From contig NC_092676.1 of the NCBI RefSeq assembly GCF_964355755.1, forward strand, positions 28,290,871-28,354,870: a DNA stretch of 64,000 bases, written 5' to 3'. The notes under the pieces are model-generated. The model was not told the DNA's origin. It searched no databases and saw only the letters and a list, made by a program, of their open reading frames with translations. Shown in pieces: positions 53,848-64,000 of the stretch. Numbering within the stretch: position 1 is the first letter of the stretch; every line of letters begins with the position of its first letter. This DNA is from Antedon mediterranea (lineage: Eukaryota > Animalia > Echinodermata). Made by a program: the position numbers and the translations under genes.

Positions 53848-56800
53848 TCAAACCATTGCACAGGTCTGTGGTCCATAACATTTTGTTTCATATGAGAAAT
53901 AGCATAATTATTTCTATTTGAATCTGTAATTTTATTTTTGGCATTTGAATAGCATGTAACCTACTTGATAAAACAGACGTTGCTGAAGTAGGCCTAATCA
54001 AGTTTCAAGAGTAACGGTGATTTTACTTTTCGATTATGCTTTAGGTATATATTTTTGTTAAAATCAAATCTAAGCTTATTTTTAGTCAGATATCGGATGA
54101 CAGAATGTTATATAAACATATTGTTAATTTACAGTATTTAATAGTTTAATTAATCTATCACTAGGATAGAAAATGGACTCGTTTTTACTTTAGTAACTTG
54201 TAGTGTGTTTACATTCATTTTGGCATTACACCAAATTACTTGATATTTAATATTAACATTTTTAATGAAATTTATATCAATACATTCACCAAGCATGAAT
54301 ATAGACGTTGGGAATGACTCAACAAAAATCTTGCAAATGCAAATTAATTTTCTCAAAAATGTTAAAATATTAAATATCAATTAACAATGACAAATTATTT
54401 TTAAGGTTATAATACACCCATATAACGTGCAATTAAACCTTCAATTAAGCGTACAAATTATTTAGATAAAGTATTAATAAAATGTCATAATTATGCTGTC
54501 AGTTAATTGTCATTACCGGTACTTTAAAATAAGACTTAGCTTAAAAATAATAATCGGTAGAAGGCAACCAATGTTATTAGCTGATTTTGCATCTACATAT
54601 TTCGTTGTGTCATTCATGTGGTTGGTACATTTAAAGAATTGTGCCTGTGCCTCTGAAATAAATATTATATGTATACATTCACATACTAATCGTATACACA
54701 ATTGCTTATTATTGACTGTCTAAGCAAATAAGCAAAGTAAAAATATTTCAAACAAATTACTATAACGCACTCAGTCAATCTTAAATGGCGGGTACCTCAA
54801 TCTGACGATAAGAGAATTTACTCTTCCCTGGTTAAGCCTAAGTTTTTGTTGAGTAATTAGTAGATTTAAACTCTTATTATTCAACCATGTAGAATACCTG
54901 ATTTTTAATGTTGTATAGGTTTTGAGTAACAAGCAGATTTACACTTTTCAACACTGGCGGCTTACAGACTTTTTTCGTTTCCTTTCATTGTGAATTTAAT
55001 TCTTTGCAATAGGCACTTAGGCCTACATATTTCAATGTTTTGTAAAATTTAGGTGGTTGGTAATTGCATTTTAATATAGCTACGTAAAAACTAATGGTGA
55101 CGTGTCTGTTGTCTTGGTAGAGTAAATAAAATGTATTTGTGGATGTTCGTATGTTTCTTTTTTAATTCGTCCGGTACCCATGATTAATGTTGCAAAGCTG
55201 CACTATACTAGCCAACGAAGCTGCACTTGCCAATCTATCTATATGGAATATTGATAGCCCAAGTAACACCGAAATTGATCATTTAAGGAAGAGCAATTAG
55301 TTATGTAAATGAATACATGATAAAAAGTTTAAATTGTGCAACACATGCTGTAATGGTACCTAACATACTTATAGCCTATACTTTGTCCTTTTTCTTTTAC
55401 TATAACACATGATAAAATGTCAAAACACAATTTATCACAATAAAAAAAGAAAGATCAAGATATTGATTGAAAAGAAATATAAATACCGGTAACCAACATA
55501 GAGATACTAAAGCTACTAGTCACATCTGTTCCGTTTAACAAACAGAAGACGGTGCAGTCTGAACAAAATGTAATTCAAAGCAAAAAATTAAATTGGCTGT
55601 CAGACAATGGTTTTGGTTAAAATTAGACGTTTCTTTTCTCTGTTTATAAGTGAAATAATAATTTTTTTTTTTTTACAGAAGTGAATAGCTTTATTAAAAC
55701 TGCAAAATTACATATTTAAAGACAATACATCTTTAATTATTGTTCTTTCTTCAGAAATAGTTATTTTTGTTTAACAATCAGTAGTAAACATTTTGTTTGA
55801 CGTGAATATATAGTCCGGCGTACTGTACAGAACAAAAATATAATCATAAACTAAACTATAGTAGTGTACTGCGAGTTTATTGAACAAGATTTTACAGATT
55901 ACATGCATCTCTGTATTAGCAAACGTTTTCATAGACTCTCCTCTCCCAGACGTGCTTTGGGATTTGTAATTTGAGCATGACCCGTCCGAGTTTACAAAAT
56001 CCCAAAACTGTCAGCCTTAGAACTCTAGCTTCCCCTTGAAATAGCCTCTGAATGAGATGGGAATATTAGCTGACAAAGCCACGGCGAAAAAAAAAAGATT
56101 TAACGGAAGATTTATATCCTCGTCCGATCTATTTAATTGATACATTTAGCCCTAGTAAAATGTAATTTTGAACTATGTATTTCTATTAATTATACGCTGA
56201 CTATAACATTCAACGCAATATGTTCTTAAGCTTTTAGTAAACAGAGAGAGCCTACTCTCTGTGTGAATGTGTCTTAGCAGGAGTACATTTTTAAGTCATC
56301 ATGAACAAGTACATTAATTGTTCAATAATGTTGGGCTAGTAGTCTATATAAAAACCATACTGTTTTCTTGCCATTTCCAAGAAATTATGTTTAAAAACAA
56401 TTTTTTAGAAAAACTGTTTACAACTGTGTTACTGTATATAACAGAACAGAATGTTTGGAGAGAGAGAGACTCGTTCATTATTATAATGTAGCGTCTTTGG
56501 TCATCATTTTGTATATAAAGTATTTGTATGATAACCAAGAATAAATAGAATAAAATTAAGTTATATATAGTTGATAGATATCATAGCAATTTGGTTGTAT
56601 ATTTCTGGTAAAAGTATTATTTTTAGCAATGTGATAACAAATCTACTAGCTTCAACATCTATTATTAAAAATAGCTTATCATTTTCTTAAGCAAAATGCC
56701 AGATCATTGTAATTTGTATAATAAGTGAAAATATCCAGTTGTGAAAAACATTCCACCACAGAATGGTACCAGCATGACAAATCTATGAACTTCACAAATA

Positions 56801-58796
56801 ATATTATTTTATATGATAACAATTTCTCCATGGTTACATATGGTCCAGAATTTGCTTTACTGGGTTATTAATGGGTGATGGTTCAGCGTTTGCTACTACG
56901 GTATATTTCAAAAATATAAACACATTGCTCCGGTCTTTTCGGTCGTGAAATTAGAATAACATTACTAAACACGCAATATCTAAAAATATAGATATATCCA
57001 TATATAGTTACTTTTATCATAGAATAATTGCTATAGTTGTTTGTAGAAGTTGATACAATGATATCATGCTGGGACCATCCTGTTCTTCACAACTGGAATA
57101 CTTTCTTTGTAAACAGTTCGTCTCTGCACACAAATAAAATTCTCAATGCTTAATCTGACCTATTGTGTTATTATATTTACTTATAATATCAATTCGTTTT
57201 CTTCCAGCAATCCACAGAAAATACTGGCTATCGCATCATTTCTCTGAAATCTGCAACATCATGTTGGTTGTATACACATCCCAGTATTGCCATTGCATTA
57301 GCGTTATTTTATTAAGTTTTGTTATAAAACGCAATGTTCTTGAGACACACACAAATACGTACCTTATTTTAAATTTACTAATAACCAAAGATCGTATAGC
57401 GCCACGTAGTATCTTTGCTAATAACCCATTTGCCATAATATCGGATTTGTTTATATAAATTCCAGAAGCACAATTATGATCATTGAATTTTAAGTCTATG
57501 ACGATTGTATTTTTCCAAAAAACATGTGACTGATTATGATATTATTGCATTCAGTCATTCTTAATTTCTAAAAGTATTACACCAAAAGTATATTGTATAC
57601 TGTCTTAATTGTCGTTCGTGTTTATCAACGCAATTATTTATTATATAATGCTTGTTTTCACTCTCGATGTATTGTATGAGCTCAGCCCAAAAACGTACTC
57701 CTATAGCTACTGTCAATTTTACTGTCTAAAAATTGAGTAGGATCCACTTTGCCTGTATAAATTAGATTTTTTTATCGGCAAATAAGTACAAATGCTTTTC
57801 AAAGCCCCATTTTGACATGCACAGGCATAATTTACTGCAAACTTATGCTAAGCCAAAACGAAATTGGAATTTATTAGTAGTTTTTAAAGATCGTAAGTTT
57901 CATATAAGTGTAGAGTGGTAATTCATTTTAATACGGAGTAGGTCTGTTTCAAAAAAGGGGATTTACTACCCAGTGATAATATTTATGTCAAACCTGTGGA
58001 TACTGCGCTGATATTATTAGGTAATGATAATAAGCTGATATTATTCTCGACCCAGAATTCAAAACACATTGTTGCTCCTGTCTTTTCTATCGTGAAATTA
58101 GAATAACATGCGAATAACACGCAATATCTAAAAATATATGTTCTTTTATCATATAGAATAATTGATGATTTTTAGTTCGTAAATTTCATGCTGGTACTGT
58201 CCTCGTTGGAATTTTATTTCAAAACTGGAATATTTAATTTGTAAACAGTTCGTTTCTGTACACAATTTAAAGTTTCATGCTTCATCTGGCCAATTATGTT
58301 ATTATATTTCCTATTATCAATTTGTTCTCATTCAAGACAACAGGGAAAAAAAGAAACTTAGTGTCTCTGAAATCTGCAAAATCATGTTTGTGTTTTTATA
58401 GACACCGACATTTTAGTTTTGTTATAAAATAATAAATGCAAGTTAGATATTCTTGAGTCTTTCTTAAACAAACACAGCCTGTCAGGTATCTCATTTTACG
58501 AATTTGCCATTCAATGCATGATAATCCATGTGACCCATTTATTTTATTATTTGGATTACGGTAACAGAAGCACATTATTATGATGATTGTAATATAAATG
58601 TCTGTATTTAGAGTTCGAATTAGAAATACATCATGTTTTAATACGGTTCTATATAATCATAGAAGTTAAATTATTTCTTCATGATATAATCTATTCTCTT
58701 ATTTTTAATCAGATATGCTCATACATTTTACTAGATCAGTTATAAGAAGTAATAATGACTTTATTTATAGGCGCAGACTTAGCCGTATTAATTTAA

Positions 58797-58878
58797 CCAA
58801 TGACAAGCGACGGTTGTTTTCGAGCCGTGAAAAGAATCAACACGTAACACTAATACACGAGTCATCACTTGTCATTGG
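58797..58878 (+). promoter_or_regulatory. Inverted CCAAT-box pair upstream of EEP genes
   Basis: CCAATGACAAG...CTTGTCATTGG ending ~175 bp before the ATG; also at 809-908, 9025-9106, ~19697, ~30316, ~41754, and in diverged form at 52718-52791. Confidence 0.5.
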
Positions 58879-59053
58879 TCAAATAGCTAAGTTCCGTAAT
58901 ATCTATACGGTTTGCTTATTGATCCTGCATAAGTATTCATTATTATTCATACAATAAGTAAAATATGAATAGATATTCGTATTCACTTCAACTAACGAGA
59001 GCAAGCAATCGATGAAGGAAAAGCAATAATAGTCTACCTGGCTACATCACAAA

Positions 59054-59800
59054 ATGGCACCTCATAATCCTGTTACTGCTACTTATTATATGTCTGGTGA
59101 GGAAAATTACAAGCTTACAACTTACAATTGTGGCGACACAGATCCAGAAAGAAATCGAAAGATAGAAGAATGTAAAAAATCTAATATTATATTCTGTCAA
59201 GAAATTACAAATAATATGATTGATTTTTTTGAGAATTACACAGCTTTTAAAAATTCTCTGACAGGACAATTCTTTACAGCAATATTAATCAAGAAAACAA
59301 TAGAGCAGTTTCGCGACGGAAAAAAAATAAATGAAGAAAAAAAGTTTCTGGATAGACCCGATGTTCGTCAATGTACTGTAAAACTGAAGGATATGATTTT
59401 AATTTCGTGGCATGGCGACCAGAAAATAAATAGAGAGGGTATAAATAAAATTGTACCAAAATATGTTAAAGACAGAAAGAAAGACATTGTTAAAGCTCTT
59501 CAAGAATACGCATTTGATCTAGCAACTAAAAACAGTTTACCAGTTATCATTGGCGGAGATTTCAACTTAACAGCAAAGGATACCAGAAAAGCTATAGACA
59601 AGCTGACACCACCACAGAACTATGAACAGTTCATTATAAATCCTGCTGATACCCATAAACGACGTGATATTGATTACTTTGTTATTGTGTTCCCAAAATA
59701 CGGAGTCAGAGATGCAATCGCACTACCGCCATTACATCAATCCAGTGAAGACGCCATTGATGAACTAGCCAAATCTGTGGCAGCTACTTCGGTAAAATAA
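59054..59800 (+). CDS. Single-ORF EEP-superfamily protein, subtype A (248 aa), intact
   Basis: MAPHNPVTAT...TTYN...NIIFCQE...ISWHG...PVIIGGDFN...IDYFVIV; uninterrupted ORF. Confidence 0.85.
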   Translation: MAPHNPVTATYYMSGEENYKLTTYNCGDTDPERNRKIEECKKSNIIFCQEITNNMIDFFENYTAFKNSLTGQFFTAILIKKTIEQFRDGKKINEEKKFLDRPDVRQCTVKLKDMILISWHGDQKINREGINKIVPKYVKDRKKDIVKALQEYAFDLATKNSLPVIIGGDFNLTAKDTRKAIDKLTPPQNYEQFIINPADTHKRRDIDYFVIVFPKYGVRDAIALPPLHQSSEDAIDELAKSVAATSVK

Positions 59801-62681
59801 TCTTTATAGGCTATCTTGAAATGATTGAAATTGGTTACACTTCAATTAGAGGTAGAAAGGGCCGATGGAAAAAATATCAGTAATAGATTTAATTTAAATG
59901 AAGTTGAAGATGAATATTATTATTATTATTTGCTCTCGTTACCAAGATATCAGAAATTAATGTATACCTACTTTATTTATTGAAAATCCTAATACTTTTT
60001 AATGTTGCCGTTTAATGGCATCACATGATTCAAGGACCATTAATAATTTATCCGAATATATTTATCATGCTTATAATTCCAGATTTATTTTTTGCTTTGA
60101 AACGACATTAATTTTTGTTTTTTTAAATCATGATTGCTTAATTTAGGGATAATCATTACTTTTATTTTTTTGGTCCCAAAGAGAATAAAATTCAAATGCG
60201 AAGGAGCAAGTACATACCCTTAGTAGATGAGATGGGTGAATTATATTAGTATTATAATGAAGAGACTATGGAGTATGGTCAGAACTATTAATTTAAAGTA
60301 TTAAAGTGTTTTCTTGTCTAGTCTTGTATTTTTATATTTAATGTTTCTCTTTTTATTTCATTTGCATTATACTTTTTTATTTATGTGTACTGTATTTGGA
60401 AAGCAATAAATATTACTTACTTACAGTGTAAGGTTGACTATCGGAATTATCACAAGCAATTAGTATTTGCACTTTTAGTAAACTTAGGTAAAATATTATA
60501 TTTTACAAAAGTGTTTGTATAAAACTTTGAAACTATAATATACTATAGATATCATGAGTATAATGAAATCATTAGTTAATTTGTTTCTAAATTTGTCTAA
60601 GTTTTCGCTGGGGCTAATATGATTATTAGTAAGTTGAAACGCGTATAATTTAATCCTGTTATAGATAGATCTTTGACTTTTATATTAGTTGGTGATGAGT
60701 AATTTTAATGTAGAATGAAACAAAAATAATGCAGCCATGTAGTCTAATTGATAGAGGGCGTCTGCATAACAAATAGATTTGTCATTTACACATTTACTTA
60801 ATTTATTGCTGGCGGAGAGTTTCCTTTCAAATGTGTGAAAGTATTTGTGGCAGTAGGCACTCAATGTATTAATAGCATACAACACATTTCAGTCGTCATT
60901 GTTTTAATGTGATTATATTCAATGTAGCTACGAATACGAACTATTTAAATTGTGTTTCCATTTGTGTTTTTTTTTTTAATTCGTCCGATACCGGTGCCCA
61001 TTATTGTTACAGAGCAAGTGCATACTAGCCAATGAAGCTAACGATAGATACACTAGGCTGCACTAGTCAACGAAGCTGCGCTACCCAAGTTTATCTTTAC
61101 TACTAGCCCTGCACCGAAATTGATCATTTAGCAGTATCATTTAAAGAAGACAGATGAGCAACATGGAAAGTTATATGAATGTAAATAAAACGTTTAAAAT
61201 AGTTTGTACATCACATGCTGTAGGCCTAGTGTCTAACACCTATATTAGGCTATCAGTTTATCACAATAAAAATAGATACAGATCAAAATATTGAACACAA
61301 GAAGTATAAAATAATCAAAATAGAGAGACTAAATTATATCGATATAAAATCGATATTTCACGAACAGAACGGTGGCGCTGTTTTGTTAAAATAATAACTT
61401 TCCATTATTTCAGAGGCAATGGCTCTGCATTTATTTTAAAAAAACTACGGCGCCCTCTGTGGTTGTGTATTTCCGGTAAAAGTACTATTCTTAGAAATTT
61501 ACTTCTGATTTAAGTCGAACATTTAAAACAAATTTGGATTAGGCCTATCGTTTTCAACCCGATCCAAATGCAATAACCTATATATATTATTAACAGAAAA
61601 GGTGAATTTACTACTGAACTAGTATGTTACATTATTGCTAACAGTTAACAGAGATAAAAATGTTTTTTCTTAATTATTCACAAACTTCTATATTATAAGC
61701 CATGTTTGTAAATTGTTCTATATGTTCTATAACACCAACTCGAATGATGATATAAATAATGTGAAATGATAAAGATGAGAAAAAAAAGTAATGCCTGGGT
61801 GTTCCTGCTTTGTAGAATAATTGATGTTTCAATTATTTTGCATAAATTGTTCTATAACACCAATGGTTTAAACATTTTTCACAATTCAAAAATGTCTGTA
61901 TTTTAATCGGAGTTTTAAATGACACTCTGCATAAAAGTCTCATACATGCTTCATCAGACCTATTCATATGTTATTGATGCATTTACTTGTTATTAATCCG
62001 TTTTCATCAGGCAATTCACAGAATATAGAATGTCACTACCCCATAATGCTGCACCTAGAACAATTGATGTTTAGTTTTCATTATTTTTCAATAATATTGA
62101 TACTGGCCATATGGTTTGATGTTTTCACAACTCAAATATTTCGATGAGAACTCATTATAGGCCTATGTAATAAAAGGTCGTAATTCAGCTTTTATTTAGT
62201 TTACTGAACGTAAATAATTAAGCATAAATGAAATTAATGGAATCAAAAGGACGTACGTTCACAAAAATAACATTAAAAAAAACACAAGTTTTAACAGTAA
62301 ACATTGTGCTTCATCAGATTTATTATTTGTATTGATACATTTAGGGACTATATAAAATATAATATCGAATTGAATTTATATTTTACGCTGGCTATAATTG
62401 TAGGCCTATCTTCTTGACCGGCATTTTATAAACGTTGCTATAAAATAATAAACGCAATTATTGATGTTTTTAAGAATTTAGTAAACAAACAAAAGACCCA
62501 CACCTCATCCGAACATAGATAATATTTGTATTTTTGGTTTTAAGTGCTTCAAATGTATTATTTTAACCTTTAATTTTATACATAATTATTATAAACTATT
62601 ATATTAATATATTTACTAGAATCCTATAAACACAAAATTAATGTAGTAGTTAATGTGTTTTATTATTCCGTACTTCTTTAG

Positions 62682-62840
62682 CTGAGTTCATTAGCCACGG
62701 CAGTATGGTGTTCATATCTAATAATGAGTCTGGTGAGCTATCAATGTCAACACTTCATCTCATCATCATGTACCCGCTAGCTAGGACAGTGTACAATGAA
62801 TTCAACAAGGATCTTATATTTCTGCCATACAATACGCAAG
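62682..62840 (+). CDS. Candidate internal exon (phase 1-1) of a membrane protein
   Basis: tacttctttag| acceptor and AAG|gtaaca donor; open frame compatible with the exon at 63803. Confidence 0.4.
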
Positions 62841-62887
62841 GTAACATTTTTGCAAAAACATATTTATTCTTTCTGACATTTGATCCA

Positions 62888-63390
62888 GTATTGATTTTAT
62901 TCCAAGTAATAAGGAATGATTTGATGTGCACACTAGGTCTTTTGAAGTTATCTGTTATAACATTACACCAGAAGTACATTATAATGTTTTATATTGACAT
63001 GGCAACGCTGATGACTCGTACTAGACACAGCTGTTTGTTGCTTCTCATTTATTAAATATTGATTTTATTTCAAGTAATAAGGAATAATTATGATATGCAC
63101 ACTACCTCCTTTGAATTTATCGGTTATAACAATACACCAGAAGTGCATTATACATGTTTTATGTATCTGTTGCCACAGCAACGCTGATGACCCACGCTAC
63201 ACATTGTTTGTTTTTTTGTCTCTTCTCATTTATCAAATTACATTCAATATTATTTTGCGGGTTAATGCTCCTGCAACATTGATCCATTATTGATTGTATT
63301 CAAAATGATATAGAGTGACTTTGATGACTAATAAACCTGAAGTACATTGTACATGATGTATATAGTCGTTGCCACAGCAACGTTCATTAT
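62888..63390. repeat. Diverged ~170-230-bp tandem repeats (3 copies)
   Basis: TATTGATTTTATT.CAAGTAATAAGGAAT...CAGAAGT.CATT...GCAACG repeated. Confidence 0.6.
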
Positions 63391-63409
63391 TTATTTTTAT
63401 TATAACAGT

Positions 63410-63571
63410 AGTAGAGTTGTGGCTTGGTGGCTACTAATTCGAGGGTCCTGGGTTCAAGTCCTGTCATATGTCAGGATTTTTTCTAATGACAATTTACAAC
63501 TCCACTCCCAAAGACTTGTAATAAGACTTTGTTTATGTAAGGCATCTTGTGTAGATGTTTGTCTTGTGAAC
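63410..63571 (+). mobile_element. tRNA-derived SINE
   Basis: GTGGCTTGGTGG ... GGGTTCAAGTCC head; body shared with 22811-22988. Confidence 0.7.
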
Positions 63572-63802
63572 AAGATTGTCACCTTTAAGAAGGATAGTGA
63601 ATGAATTCGCTTATGGTTATCGTTGGCAATTTGCCTAAATATATAAAAGAAAGAAATAAGGAATAAATGTTATCAAAAGAACTGAGTATGTCCTAGAGTC
63701 CAATATAATTTCATATTTTTTTTAACGTAATTCTACAAAAACATCAAACTGTAGACCTATAATTCACAGACATAATTATTTACTATTTTTTGTGTATTTC
63801 AG

Positions 63803-64000
63803 ATATCATCATAATTGTGGTATGGGTGGTGCTCATATTTGCAGGATTAACCACACAACACTTTCTCACACGAAAAGACCGACGCGACTTTCCCGAATGC
63901 CCGGCCAAGTTATACGCAAAAACAAATGAATTTTTAAACACAGAAGAACAACAAATTCCACCAATAGTTGACGTTACAGAACGAACACCACTTTTACAAA
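63803..64000 (+). CDS. Candidate transmembrane plus cytoplasmic-tail exon (runs off the window)
   Basis: gtatttcag| acceptor; IIIIVVWVVLIFAGL, then basic RKDRR, then ERTPLL ([DE]xxxLL); no stop. Confidence 0.5.

Overview
AT-rich eukaryotic DNA, probably a marine invertebrate (spliceosomal introns, tRNA-derived and Nin/Deu-type SINEs, Helitrons, Sola transposons). It is built from about three head-to-tail segmental duplicates of a roughly 19-22 kb unit. Each unit carries single-ORF genes of an exonuclease-endonuclease-phosphatase (EEP) family in four subtypes (A-D): 3 intact genes, 3 stop-interrupted copies and several fragments. Main observation: these proteins have the EEP motifs TYN, DIxFxQE, ISWHG, GGDFN and IDY/F but lack the C-terminal SDHxPV motif. 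An HxPVx[AV]T strand sits instead at the extreme N-terminus (M-[AG]-PHNPV or MSPPHNPV), which suggests a circularly permuted EEP domain. Paralogues differ mostly at coding positions while their flanks are near-identical, and they are interleaved with relics of an Ig-domain, single-pass membrane receptor gene. Also present: an apparently intact 6-exon Sola3 DNA transposon (43766-50523, TTAA duplication, long TIRs), decayed Sola-like (DGMDQ) transposase fragments, Helitrons, SINEs, tandem arrays and a 97-bp palindrome. All assignments are by eye; no searches were run.
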